Assembly (NCBI GenBank): GCA_012295275.1
Contig: CM022670.1
Span: 30,008,001-30,072,000, forward strand
Source: Chrysomallon squamiferum
Lineage: Eukaryota; Animalia; Mollusca
Direction of reading: 5' to 3'
Length of the DNA: 64,000 nucleotides
Below the pieces are notes generated by a model. That model worked only from the letters and a program-made list of their open reading frames with translations, had not been told where the DNA came from and searched no databases. How positions within the stretch are numbered: position 1 is the stretch's first letter; the number at the start of each line of letters is the position of its first letter. Positions 39,530-53,639 of this stretch are shown piece after piece. The position numbers and the translations under genes were made by a program.

Positions 39530-41180
39530 TAATACTTGCGGGATGTATAATTATGGAAACATTAGAATATTTTACCGATATATGTGGTTTTAAATTTAAT
39601 ACGTATAAAACTGTTATTGTAAATTAGGCAAACACTATAATAATTACAGAAAAATGTGTTCAAAACATAAATTAAAATGGACAACAGAATTTATAATACT
39701 TGGGGTAGATTTTCCATGGATCTCTATCAAATACAAGAATTAACTATAATACTAAGTCGAATGAAGTTAAAAGGCTGCTTGAACAATCATCAAAACATTC
39801 TTTGTCACCTCTAAAAATTACTGTAATCAAACGTTTACTTTTATCGAAATTTGTTTATCTTTTTTCTTCACTGGCAAATCCAACAGATTCTTTATTTAAA
39901 AAATTAGAAACCTATTTCTTTCAGTTCATCTGGAATATAAAGCCCGATAAATAGCTAGAAAAAACATTATTTGAGGATTATCAAAATGCTGATTTAAGTT
40001 ATTTTGCAATGCATTAGAAATATGGTGGATTAATAGCATACATTTGAAGCAAGACATTGCCTCTCTTTTGAGTAATTGTTTACCGTCTAGAGCTTCAATA
40101 ATATTAGTTTTGGGGTCAGCCTACAGTTGATATGCACAAATCCCTTTTGGAAAAATGTATTACATACACGGTCAAGAGTTAAAGAAAAATGTGAAGTTAC
40201 AAGGGACAAAAACAAAATTCTAAGTATACCGGTTTGGTATAACACTCATATTAAAATTGATAATAAATGTGTTTATTATAAGACATGGGCAAATAAAGGA
40301 ATTTTATTTTTGAAAAATAAAATGGCAGCATATTTTTGGTATAGAGTTTTGTGACAAATAGTGGAAAAGTCTTCTTCTGTTCAAACTAACTACAGACCTA
40401 GGGCTTAGATATTTTCAGTACAAGATCTTGTTATTTATCTTAACAACTAATCAGCACTTGGTATTACATGGTATAAAAGATTCAGATAAATGTGAATTTT
40501 GTCACATGTTTAGTGAAGATTTAATGCACATTGTTTTGGTTATGTAAAGGTGTTCAGAGTTATGGAACATTGTTACAAACTGAATATTTTTGAGAACATA
40601 AGTGAGACTTGAAGTAAATGCACAAACAATAATTTTGGGCAATCCAAATTATTCTGAAAAAAATATATATAATCAATTTAGTATTTAAATTGCCAAGCAC
40701 TACATATATAAATTAAAATGCAAAGAAAACAACTAATTTTAATTGGATTCAAAAAGGTTCTGAACATATATTATTATACAAATAAATGTATTTGTGAGAT
40801 AAATAAGGGAACAATTAAATTTGAAGAATAATGGAATATTTGGACAAAATTATTTGTATTAAATGTAAATAATGTCATAACTATTTAGGGTCACAAAATG
40901 CAAAAATATGCAAATATTTTATTTATTTTTCAATTTTGTTTTTTACATTATATTCTATTGTATATTGCTTACCATAACATACACTTTGTATTTCATATGA
41001 CAAATATTTACTACTAGGAATATGTAGAACATATTTGTAGTTTTATTTTTATTATTAATTTTTTTCTACTGAAGATTTGGAGACTTCTGTATTTTAACCC
41101 ATTACTTTACATTTATATTTTGGTATTTTAGCATATACTATTTGTATTACGTTTTATACTGTATATTCCGTGGTGAAAAA
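39530..41180 (+). mobile_element. 5'-truncated, decayed L1/Tx1-clade non-LTR retrotransposon (end of RT domain, C-terminal Cys/His motif, 3' UTR)
   Basis: Across frameshifts: LEYFTDICGFKFNTYKT (RT end, cf. SGLKINxxKT), KWTTEFIILGVDF, LSPL..KITVIKRLLLSKFVYLFSSLANP, FFQFIWNIKPDK, NPFWKNVL, PVWYNTHIKIDNKCVYYKTWANKGI, LRYFQYKIL..ILTTN..L..GIKDSDKCEFC...EDLMH (zf-RVT-like) and KFEE*WNIW. An AT-rich 3' UTR ends in an A-rich tail near 41176. Confidence 0.9.
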
Positions 41181-41214
41181 ACAAAACAAAACACAAACAT
41201 ACAACAACAACAAA

Positions 41215-41550
41215 CAAAGAAACAAACAAATAAATAAATAAATTAATGGATATTTAATGACACCGTAACACATTTAACATTTATTAGGTATCAAAATAGT
41301 GTTTTGTTTATAACAAATCATACGAACCCACTGATGTTATTTTACAGCATGGTGTTATCAATCAGTATTAAAAAACCTTTTGCATAAATAAACCTTCAGG
41401 AAACCGCAGACAACCAACCGCCCTTGATAAACATGTCGTGGAGGACTGATTGGAACAGAAAAGATTTCAGCTGAGAACCAAGGCAAATAGATCTTAATAC
41501 TAAACAATTTCTCAGAGCAGTGATCGCCCATTCAATTACAGCCTGCCTCC
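41215..41550 (-). mobile_element. Degenerate, near full-length tRNA-derived SINE
   Basis: Body gcccttgataaacatgtcgtggaggactgattggaacagaaaa aligns with 32151-32195. Minus-strand head ggaggcaggctgtaattgaatgg; (TTTA/TTTG)n tail at about 41215-41243. Confidence 0.55.
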
Positions 41551-44429
41551 AACAGGATGTAAGGAGAAACTCGAACAGGAGTTTATCTAGTTAAAGTTAT
41601 TTAGGGAAAACAACTAAAGATAATCATTATTTGTTTGTAATGATAATGAACCGTTAATAGATAAGTTTCACTGATCAACCTAATATAAATTTCGTGACTG
41701 TTACGCCCACGGAGTCATCTGTAATTTGTGTTTATTGAATTTTTTATTATCATTTTTTTTTTTTAACTATCTGTAGAAAATATTTCTGAATATATGACGT
41801 CAGTGAAATGGAAATCAATACATGATATATCTGAACTTTATATTTATTCATACTGAAATTTGTATTTAAAAATTAATGATGTTATTACTGTTATAACGTA
41901 ATGATATAAACAGTTTATTATTGTTATTATTATTATTATTAGAAGTAGTAGTAGTAATCTTCGCTATCATCATAAAAACATTTCTTCCATCCTTTCAAAA
42001 TCCTCAAAAATTGGTTTTGAAATAAATAGAGATGAGAAAACTGAAACAATGTATATTAAAGAATTGTTTTTAAATTCTTCAACACTTTAATATTAATCAA
42101 GTAGTCAATAACCAATATGAAATGTCGTCTAAGTTTCATGATTACTAAGACAGTGGAAATGTCTGTTATCAGCCCAAAAAATTAAAACATTATGATCAAC
42201 CATAACAAAAGAAACAAAAACACACACACACACATACACAAAATTGTATATTGTATTACAGTTATTAAAGAACAAAAATGAATGAATAAATGATTGACTG
42301 ACATCAAAAAGCAAATAAACTTTCCATCGACTGTTGAATTAATAAAGGTAACATATTTTTATTTATTTTTCATTACCTAGCGAGCATGTTTACTTAAAAT
42401 AAAATATATAACTGGAATGCTGAAATTTCTCTTCTCTACCAGTCATCCCATGCTAAGACTCCATTATTGTTATGATTTGACAGAATATGCGCGCACCAAT
42501 CAATCCAGCAAATAATTAAATCGATAGGTACGATCAAAGAACGGAAGTACGCCAACGGCGTTTTCAGTAGTTGCATTGATTTTTATGCTAATAAATATAA
42601 TTACTGTCTGTAAAAACAGTACAAAGATTCAATAATCAAATTAATTTGTGTTACTTCACTTTTAAGTGTTCCCCGGTCAACGTTGTTCGACCTCTCCCTG
42701 TAAAAGAATTGACAGAAATGGAATCGAACGTCTGGTTAATATGAAATGAAATAATGAAACATTTTCTTTAACAGCATGCTGTGAATTGTCAAACAAGTTG
42801 ATAACAGCTGTTTTGAATTAAACTTGAACTGCACTTGAATTGTAACGAGTAATTACTAAAAGTGAATTGTTCGCGAAAAGAAAGATTTGCAGAATATTTT
42901 AATGTCTTTGTTACAAGGTTTTTAACTTGACGATTGCAGTGACTCATTCCGTTTAGTAGAATACAAAAGAAAGTTTGATATTTATTTTCAAAATATCTGC
43001 TTCTTTAACTTGATTTATAAGCTGCCTTGCGTAACCAGATATTGTCATCATCATCATTATCAACATCATCATCATCGTTATCTTCTTCTTCTTTAACCTC
43101 TTCTTATTGTTCTTCATAATAATCATCATCATCTTCTTCTGCTTCTTTTTCTTCTTCTTCCTATTATTATTACTACTGTAAATTTTATAAACGTTTTATA
43201 TAAGCATTTGTTATAATTTATTACTGAAATGAGTCATCTAAGCATGAACTGGATTCTCAAGCAAACTGATTAAACTACTGTCAGTTAATTACAACCGTTT
43301 CACAAATTCTAAAATCAGTAAAGATATTTAAGGTAATGCGATTTAACCCCCCCCCCCCAAAATAACGTTATTCGAATTCATTCAATAGTTTAGCGGGAGG
43401 AAAGTCTCACGAGGGGGTTATATCTGAAATACTGGGATGAAATTCACGTCCTTCCGAGTTTCCATATTCGTTAGAATTGTATTAACAAGATGGAGATCTG
43501 TATTAAAATAACGATGAAGATTGTTTTTGTTTGTACAAAAAAATAAATAAATAAAAAATAAAATAAAATAAAAAATAAAATAAATAATAATGTCAGACGT
43601 TCTTAACTCGGTGGAAGCAGGATAAAGTACATCACGGCAACGCTGCCGTCATTCCTGAAATAACCTCTTCTAGATGTGTAAAAAAAAAATCACTTTCTTC
43701 GTGACACAATAATTAAATTTAGCATCGTGTTATATTCGACGACGCTAAAACAGAATACATATCGCGCGGGGTTTTACGTGTCGTGTGTTTTAATATTGCT
43801 AAACCCTCCAAAGTCCCATGTTAAGCACATTTGCAGTGTCTGAGACTTCCAGCAGACTGAGTGGCATTACGTCTTGTTTTTGATGTGAGCCACTTCAGCC
43901 GCCATGATGTAGAGCGACCTCTCCGCAAAATGCAAGCTGTATTAGCTTGGAATAGACGAAAATCTGTGAAGCTTCGATAGGTGAACACACACATGACATC
44001 TATAACCATATCTGGTGTCTCTATATCAACTGCTTTAAGGAACTATAAAGAAGAAGAACAGCATTACATTATAAACAGCTGAAGGAATGTGTAATTAGCA
44101 AGACATAGCTCTTGACATACATCTATAACCGTGTTGCAGTGTTTAAAGCGTGACAAAAGAACAGCTGTCTTGATATTTTGCCTTGTCAGTGACGAGTAAG
44201 TAAGTGTCAGGTTTAGAGTGTTAGTGATCTAAAATAGGATTTATTTCAAATGAATTTTTTTTTTATATTTTCACGTTAGCAAAGACAGTCAGCTGATAAG
44301 AAAACTATAAATGGAAAATTGTGTAGTTGTTTCATCATTAATTTTTATTCTTAAGTGTCTTTACATGGATACTGATTACACTTTTAAGGTTTGACTCAGG
44401 GTAAACGTGCCTGGACCTTATTATGCATG

Positions 44430-44600
44430 TAAATTAGCTAAATAGCATTGGTAATAGCATTGGTGTTCAGCAAAGAAATCATCTAATGCAATGATCGAAT
44501 CCAGATGCTTCTAAAGTTTTGAGGTGAAATTTTTCATTCCAAACCAATGTTACACCAGTCGCTGATAAAGATAAATTTGCGAAGCACAAATTAAGTGTTA
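44430..44600 (+). mobile_element. Degenerate tRNA-derived SINE (5' part, plus orientation)
   Basis: A-box-like TAGCTAAATAG and B-box-like GATCGAATCC, followed by tttttcattccaaaccaatgttacaccagtcgctgataaag, the reverse complement of the shared body motif. Confidence 0.5.
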
Positions 44601-47600
44601 AACAGAAGTAAAATAAGATGAAAAATTATGAAAGAACTGTATTCATAAAAAAAAAAAGAATAAAGAAATTTAATATGTAACTTGGTGTCAAAAATAAAAT
44701 AAAATTTCAAGTTTTGTTATATCCGAATTATTAAATTCGTTGTATGACTTGCGAATGAATAAAAATTTAAATACCATAGTAATGTAATTTCTGTCTGAAT
44801 GTATCCTTATAATTTATATGTTAATATTGTAAAGATTTTTTTTCTATTTTAAGTTGGCTCAAATAGCCCAAAAGTAGTATAAAAAAATATTCAGCCACTG
44901 ACTTGATTATTATGAAAAGATCATTGACAAAAGCTTTATTTCGAAAAGCACCTTGACGTGAAAGCAGAATTAGCCTGATTTTAGATCAGTAATACGAAAA
45001 TAATTACACGTAATCTTCAAAGATAGTGAAAAAAGATATTTTTTTTACTTATTTCGTCTTTCAGAAGATAGATATTTTTGCTTTTATCAGTCTTCCTGCA
45101 GAAATGTTAATATGCAGAACATAAACCTATTAAGGAAAAAACTTGAAAAAAAATGTCATTAATCAATGAAAAAATGATCAAGCCAAGAACGACATTTTAG
45201 CTAGCCTTTGGGTATTTATGTATAGAAGGAATATTTTTCTTAGACAGAAGGGAATTAATACTGTTCTTTATTATTACTTATGCCTGTGGCTACGTACCCT
45301 AAATAGCCGATGTTTTGGCTTGGATTACCGAAGAAAACAACATAGACATTAGCAGATATCACCTGCCTCCATTCTACGTAGACGTTCAGTGTCTTATTGG
45401 CGATTTATTCAGCGCTTTCAATCTCTTTTTTTTCTTTCCTTCTTTCAGTTAATAAAACGACATTGTTGTAAACCGAGAACTTGATATTTTTTCTTTTCTT
45501 TTTTTGTGTTTGTATAAACAGAAAAAAGGCAATGGAAAATTTTGCATTGTTAAGAATGTAAGTCAACAGGTTTTCAATAGTCTCACAGCTAACGGCTTGT
45601 TATGTTATAATAATCATCGTGAAGCACGTTTTCTCCGAAACTGTTTCCTTATCGTGAAAAGGGAAGTTTCTGGAAGGTAGGGATGACACAGACTATCATT
45701 ATGCTTTTTTTATCTTTTTTTTACCAAAGTGTCTAGGATTTTCCCTTTAAGCTGCATTTTAATTCTAGTTCCAGTCTTTAGACGCCATGCAATTGGTTGA
45801 CATATTACCTCACCATTAAGAATTTAAATAATAAAATAATAAAGGCAGAAACAGACGGCCACATACACTAAAATTCATGAACCACAAATACTTTGTCTCA
45901 TTTCATTAAATAAAATAATTAGCATTAAAAAATATATTGTTTTTATATTGTAACGCATAATATATATTCTAAAATTATTATACAGGCATACCCATTCTTT
46001 CTTCTGAAATTCTAGAAAGCATTCAGACAAATGTTTAATGTGGTTCAAAATACGAGAGATGTACAGACATGTACATGTACACAGACTCAGACACATGCAT
46101 ATATGTGTCTAATGATATAAATTATATACCACACATACACACATGTATAAGCCAGGTTAATTAAATGTAAATTAATTATGGTTCAAGATAACTCAGCTAT
46201 CTGATACTGACATTAATGCAGATATGTAATGAAGGATGTAGCTCAGATTATTAGGCAGTGTGTTATTAGGGCCATTTTGTGTCAAACGAGACGATTCAGC
46301 TGCATTCAAGAACCCTTAACAGTTAAAGCGATAAATATGCAAACACGAGAATAAAATATAACTGTGGAGGTAATCTGATATAGTCTGAAATCCGGATTCC
46401 AACTGTCTAAAGATTATATTTAAACATAGTTCAGTATTAGTACTGAAGTAAAATAGATTATAAAGAAAACGTAACTACTGTGAAAATGGTAAACAAAGAT
46501 GTGTATATTTTAAATGGACAAAGTGATCCATACAGTCTTGATGAATTGGAAGCAGAATCTACAATAATGGATCAACAGATCTGAATGACTTTAAATTAAG
46601 AATTAACTCCATTTTTGTATTGTGCATTTTATTAATTGAAATATATTCCTTTAGAAGAAGAATATTTAGAAAATACCGAACATTTTAAAAAATGGGTAGA
46701 ACTTTAAATTATGAAGAGATCGTGAAAGTTACGAAAGTATCTTCCTGTTATCGATACAGAAATCTGATACATGTATTTGTGATTCCACAACGTATATATC
46801 ACATATTCCTTCTGAAGATTATCGAATAACATTAATTTAGTATTCTTATCATTCGTATTAAAATGTTTTAATGAAACAAATCTCAGTATATTCCTTCAAA
46901 ATTTCCTGTTGATCGCCTTCTGAAGCTTTTGAATACCGTAGGTATTTTCCATTTTTGAACTACTTATCATTTTGATTAGTTCATAAACAGAAATACCTTT
47001 ACTTTATGATTTTCTGCAGTGAATGTGTTTTCTATTCCAGAAACGTATTTTAATCGGCGAAACATTTTGTTATGTCACGACATAAAGTGTTTTGAGGTAA
47101 AGATTTATAAAGCTTAAAAGTCTGTTAACAGTTTATATATCGTGAACTTTTTTAAGCTTTACGCTTCACAGCTGTGTTTTATACGTTTCCTGAAATATTT
47201 TGCCCTGAATATTCGTGTTTATCTGAATTCGAATAGAATGTGACAGCATTTTTGACTGAGACGATCAAAACTGATTTTTCGACTTGTTGAAAATCGATAA
47301 ACTGATAACAATTATCGCAATATCAATTTTATAATATTAAATATTAATGTGTGCTAATTCGTTTGGTTAATTTGTTTACTAAACAAAATATGAAAGTTGT
47401 TTTCCCAAACTGATTTGAAATATTAATCAAAAGTTTATTGCAGGAAAATACAATAAATAAATGTTATATTGATCTTCATCATCATCATAATCATCAACAT
47501 TTTCATTATTATTATTACCATATTGTTGTTGTTGTAACTGCATCATGGACAGTAATTCCTAATTATGTAGTTTATAAACAGATTTATTAAAAGTATTAAT

Positions 47601-48939
47601 AAATTATTTTAAAAACAAATCGTCTGTGATATCAGCACCTGAATCAAACATTCGGTGTCAGTTTGTAGTAATGTTTCACACAGCTAAAGACATATTTTTA
47701 TAACCTGGGATGTTGTGTTTTTTCACCAGTTTATCAGCCTAAGGATTTTTTATTAGATCGTTCTTTTCACTTGGGTGGAATTCTCATTAGCCCTTGGCAT
47801 TTTGTTATTCCATAAATTACATCCGAATGGGAGACAGGATAATAAAAATCGTTTCGTTCTCCTAGAAATTAGATTGAAACTGCTGATGTTAAACAATAAT
47901 GAACTCAAACCTTTAGCCTATATATATAAAACAAAACAAAAAATGTTTTAAAAATTAAAAACTACGAAAATCTAAGCTACTACTATAAATCACACTGTTA
48001 GTTATCAACGTAAAGTATATATACACCACTGACAGCTAGCTTGGACAAAAAAACAGACATTTTTCCCAGCACTTGAGTTATGGTCAAAATTCCTTACTTT
48101 GCAGATGTATGGGACACATATGCAGACAGACAAACCCACAGCCCTTTTCTAAAACGAAAGAATTCCCTGATGAAACAGCCAGACGTTGTCCGTTAGATTT
48201 GTATCAGCTGGTTAATAATAATGTCAGCGACTCTTAATTATTATGTTACTCTAGGGTCAGACATAATATTTACATTTGTCTCTGGTAAATCACAAGGTAA
48301 CAATGCTTTCACATTTTCCATTGAAGGTGAGTGTTAGTAGAGGTTTTGTCACGCACAAAACGTCATAATATATTCTGTCATTGTTTCAGTTTGTATGTAT
48401 CTAAGTCTGTCTCTGTCTCACAGCATCCCCCATTCGTTAGGTACTTGCTAGCTGTTTCTCCGTCTCGGTTATTTTCCCTGTCTCTCTGTATTTCTGTCCT
48501 GCATAGTTATCCTGCATGTGTCTGTAGCGTCTGTCTTTCTGCATACCCAGTTCCTGTCTCTCTGATTCCCTTGTTTATATGATTTCTTTTAGTGTCTATA
48601 TCTCTATTTCCTTTACTTTATCTCTGTTTCCATATCATTAATAATCTGCATATTATAGTTTGTCTTATTTTCTCTGATTGTATTTCTGTTCCTCTGTCAC
48701 TTTCTCATATCCATTCATAATAGGTTGTTCGATCTCAAATGATTTATGATACTTAAGGACAAAATTTGACTCCTGAAGCAAACATTGAGTCGTATCTTTC
48801 ATGAGAAGTCATTCATGGATTAAAGCTGAGGTTTTGTGACTGTTATTAAAGACGTGTGATCATTTTATATCTATTCAGTTGTTTAAATATACTTATTAAT
48901 GATTTTCCTGTTTTCTTTTCCTTACCAATCACCATCTTG

Positions 48940-49140
48940 TCTTCATCTCCACTCCTTAACTTCTTCGTCTTTTCCTCCTCCTATACCTTCTTTTCTTCTC
49001 GTTCTCCTTTTTCTTTTTTCTCTTCATCATCATCATCTTCATCTTCTTCTTCTTTTTCTTCATCTTCTTCATCTTCTTCATCGTCATCATCATCTTCTTC
49101 TTCTTCTTCTTCTTCATCATCATCTTCTTCTTCTGTTTCT
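48940..49140. repeat. (TTC/TCA)n compound trinucleotide low-complexity tract
   Basis: Source of the spurious poly-Ser/His/Leu ORFs at 48856-49284. Confidence 0.95.
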
Positions 49141-49774
49141 TTTTCTAAATCTCCTTATCTTTCTGTTTTTAAAGTCTTATTCATTTTGTCCTTCTTCGTC
49201 GTTTTTGTTATTTTTCCTTCCTCGTCTTCGCATTCTCTTCCATTACATATTGTTGTATTTGTGGCTGCTGTAATTTATATATAATTTATGCATGATACCA
49301 TTTCCTTTCTCATCTTCTTCATTTTTTTTTTTTTTTTTTTATTTGTGTTAGTAATGTGTATATGTTGCACAAAAATGTCTGTGAATTAATCTGATTTTAG
49401 TACAAGAATACGTAATAAATTTCATTATTAAATTTACTGCATCCTTAATCTTCCTACTGGAAGAAATAAAAGCCGATTTTATCATTGCGTCTGAACTTGA
49501 CTATGTGCGCTGGCGTAGTTTTAGTATATTTCTATTTAAGAAAATTTAAAATATACTATTGCTGTCAAATTTCTTTGGTCATATTATTAGATTTTTATGT
49601 TCAAATGCAAAAAGTCAGCCTAATGATGTCAAACATTAACATAATTATTAGCAAATGTAATTCTTCATGCCAAGTTTAAAGACTTAACTATTTTTACACG
49701 TTAACGGTTATAAACGAAATAAAGGTGGTAGGAAGAAATGTTTGATTTGATCATGGAGCAAAAGTGGCAAAAAA

Positions 49775-49823
<49 letters not shown>

Positions 49824-50529
49824 TAATAGTAATTATTATTATTATTATTATTGTTATTATTATAAATAAATAAATAAATAAATAAATACATTTCATAGTG
49901 GCTAAATGTTTTAGTTTAACTTGTATCAATATACATAGTTATATGAAGTGTCATAGGATATTTGTTAATTTAGAAGCAAGATAAGCTTATAAAATAAGAC
50001 CTGGAATTGCCATTCATTAAAACATTATTAGAGTGAGGAAGAAAAATAAGTAATTTGGGTCCATAAATACGTGATAACAAGATTCTGCATGTTGCTTTGC
50101 CCTCCACGACAAAAGGATAGTCTGTGATTGGGTCACGTTGCCATACATTGTTTAAAGTTCATTACGTCTAATTTGACTATCGTACAGAACCGGAAATTAA
50201 AGTACATACTGTGCATATGAGGTTTTTCTCTGTCATTTTCACAAAGAACTGCACTAATTTCATTGCTCTCGGATGTGAAGAATGTCTCAAACAGCCAGCT
50301 GACCAGTCGAATTCTACAATTTCAATAGATAAAATACAAAAGAAAATTTCTCAACAATAAATTTAAGGCATTTTAAGGTTAAAGGAAACAATAAACATAA
50401 TGATAAAAAGCGAAATCTTCTAGATTTCAGTGTTCTCTGTTTCATTTTTGTGTTTCTTAGTGCAAAAAAAAAAAAAATATATTTATATATATATATCCAA
50501 ACTGGGAGGGAGGGAAGGAAGGAGGGGTG

Positions 50530-50566
<37 letters not shown>

Positions 50567-51869
50567 TGAGAGAGAGAGAGCAACAAATCACTTCCTCTCT
50601 ATTTGACACTGTCTGTCTCTATATTTCTGTTTCATACATACATATACAAACAGCATTATTTTGATTTTGTTTCCATCTCAACATCTAACTTTCATTCACA
50701 CTTCTTTTTTAACTTCTATGTATCTATATTCATGCTTTTTTCTGTTCTAACTCGGCATTACTTAAAGATAAAATCCATCAAGGTGAATAAAAAAAATCAC
50801 TGAATCACTGAAATTAGATTTTCGAATCTCCTGTTTTAGGTCGGTTTTTAAAGTTGTTTTAACTAACGGTTATTCTCGTATCTGTCGCACAGTCATCAAC
50901 TTCGCCCAGTTTCCATTTACCTCAGTCTAACACCGTGAACCGTTACTTTTAAATTCGTGTTCCCACGAGAATTTCGTATAGACAGTTCCTCTTCCTCTAT
51001 AGAACTTAAAATAATGCTGAATGTTTTCGTATCAATGGTTTTTATTAAGCAGTTGATTTTTGTCAATAGGATATAAATTTTTGGTTTCTCATATGCATTG
51101 CCTGACCTTTTTGCTTGTCAAGATATAAAAAATTTTCGGATGTTTTATCTTCTACATCACAGAAGATGGTAGGTTAATTCAGACATAACCCTTGCCCCTA
51201 AACGTGGCAGAACCAGGACTGGACCACTCAGTATTTTATTAATAACGACTCTAGTTTTGACAACTATTGATTTCAAATAAGGTCCCGTGGATAGTTGTGA
51301 TTATTTGTCATTCTAAAAGACATTCAAGTCCTTTCCATCACAGTTAGTTTAATAAGGTGAGCTCTTTTTGAAAATTACCTTAGCAGTTTAATAGGCGTGA
51401 AATGTGAAAAAGGGCATGCACGTGATTCTTTTTATGTCACGTTTATTTTCTTTAGGGGATTACGGCCATAAATTGATCATCACCACATGTACGGGCATAA
51501 TATCTTTTAAAACTGTACTGTTATTAAATATGCATTGAAACTTTACCGGCTGTAATGAAAGCGGTATCGGCGATGTAGTCAGGAATTTTTATCTGGTTTT
51601 ATTTCATAAAATATATTTGCCTCAAAGGACGCAAGAATTCAGTAATTGTATTTTTAAGACTAAAAACATAAAAGTTCATATTCCGAGACATAAACACAAC
51701 ATTCAAGCATATAAATTAGGAGAAAAGTTATTATCTAAGACACAGTCGGCGATTATATACTGTTAAAACGGTAGATATTGTTCGACTTTAATATTTTATA
51801 ATATCGCTTTAGCACCGAATTAATACGAGAGTTAAATAGTGGGGAAAAAATTCAAATTTAGAGAACCGT

Positions 51870-52200
51870 GTGAATGTTTGTGTGTGTGTGTGTGTGTGTA
51901 TATTTATGTATGTATGTGTGTGTATGTATATATATGTGTGTATGTATGTATGTATGTATGTGTGTACATATATATATATATATATATATGCATTGCAGAA
52001 TATATGTCTATATATATATATAATGTATGTATGTATGTATGTATGTATGTATGTATGTATGTATGTATGTATGTACGTATTTATGTATTTATGTTGGTAT
52101 GTACATGTATATTGTCTGTCTATATGTATGTATATATGTACGTACGTGTGTATGCATACATGTATATTTTATATGTATTTTATATGTATGTATGTAGTAT
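51870..52200. repeat. (TG)n/(TA)n/(TATG)n compound microsatellite
   Basis: Direct inspection. Confidence 0.97.
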
Positions 52201-53465
52201 GTAACTATATACATAAACGATAGATCTGTTTCAAAGAATCGCATTACGCTGTTAAGGTAAGATTCATATACTTCATTAAGACAATCAATAGTGCAGTGAG
52301 TAAATATGACTTGAGTTAATGCAAATCACAGTTACGTTTCCACGTACAGCTGATTATTATACATATACTTGTTTCTTTATGTTTTTCTAATTAATAATAG
52401 AGGATACCAAAAGAATCCAGGATTCACGAAGTAAATGCATTTAATCAGATTCCTAACATTATAATGCAGTTTCAGTAATAAACGCTGGCTTTCAGTTAAC
52501 AACACACCTGATTGAAATGCATGTGGAAAGATATTAACCTAATCATACTAATTCTATCTTCTACTTCTTTTATTAAATTCCCAGGACTTTTTTTTTTAAA
52601 AAATTTATTTATTTATTTTTTTATAATGAAAAGAATACTAATTCCTTCGTTTGTCCAAATACAAAAGATATATTTATTTAAATTATAGTGGATAATCAGC
52701 ATGAACTTTGTGTGTGACAGTCATTGTTCTCTCTGTGATTCATAAACATAGTTCACATAAGATCAAACTCAGTTTTGATATTATATGGTTATATTTTTTA
52801 CTGAGTACATGTGTGTTCTAGACAAGAGAGACATTGCTTTACACAGTAGTTAAAAGCTGAAATTTTAAACAGTTGTAAATTAACGTACTGAAAAGAAAGA
52901 ACATTTGTAAAAAAAAAAAAAAGTAATAATGATAAATTAAAAAACAATTTGTTCAACAATTTGTAAGTCTGTCATTTAAGTAATATTAAATAGATGGTGT
53001 GTTTACGTATTCACAACATTATATACGTATGTTAGCATGATCTCGTATCGTTTTGTCAGTAAAATACGTACACATTCGTTTTTGAAATCTAACAACATTC
53101 AGTATAATTTTTTGGTTTTGTTTTTACACAAATTTTTGAGTACAGAATTCCGTTTCAACAAACCAAGCATAATGAAATATCTGTTAATTTTATTCATTTT
53201 AAATGATAAAGTATTTGATTTAATCAAAGATTACAAACTGAATACACAGATTTCTGTCTGTCCAATCTGTTATCTTCATTATACAGTCATCTTTCTGGTG
53301 ATATTTTATTTATTATTTTAATTTTTTTAAAACACATTTTATTGCCAATAGCCAGCCTGTAACGCAATTTGCAGGTTGCCACCATAAATGGGAGCCTAAA
53401 AGATACTTCATAACAAATAATATTGAATTTTCTCATGGAATGAGAAATGGTGATAGGAAATTACA

Positions 53466-53639
53466 ATGCCAATGAAGATGTTATTATATTTTCTAAAGTG
53501 TCGGGAAAGGTCTTTGATGGAAGTGTCTCTGCTGCTAGTGCTGTTGTTGCTATTTGCGTCAACGATAACGACCCATTGTGGCCACTGGGTCCGCGCCGAC
53601 TGTCCTGATATTTCTAGTGGAATACTGGATCGATACTGA
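53466..53639 (+). CDS. Putative small secreted or membrane peptide, 57 aa (40 aa from ATG 53517: MEVSLLLVLLLLFASTITTHCGHWVRADCPDISSGILDRY*)
   Basis: ATG-initiated ORF in a GC-richer unique island, with a hydrophobic h-region followed by small residues and two Cys. It falls below the ORF-track cutoff. No homology recognised. Confidence 0.25.
   Translation: MPMKMLLYFLKCRERSLMEVSLLLVLLLLFASTITTHCGHWVRADCPDISSGILDRY

Noticed and set aside
46037-46057. ATG TGG TTC AAA ATA CGA resembling homeodomain WFxNRR
   Set aside because: It lacks the invariant Asn and any surrounding homeobox frame.
48155-48200. CTGATGA near GAAA suggesting a hammerhead ribozyme
   Set aside because: The required helices I-III cannot be formed, and the region is better explained as a decayed SINE.
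48856-49284. Longest ORFs in the track (142 and 124 aa), and similar ones at 38515, 51839 and 10669
   Set aside because: They are translations of TTC/TCA, CT, TATG or AAT repeats, which lack stops in some frames.
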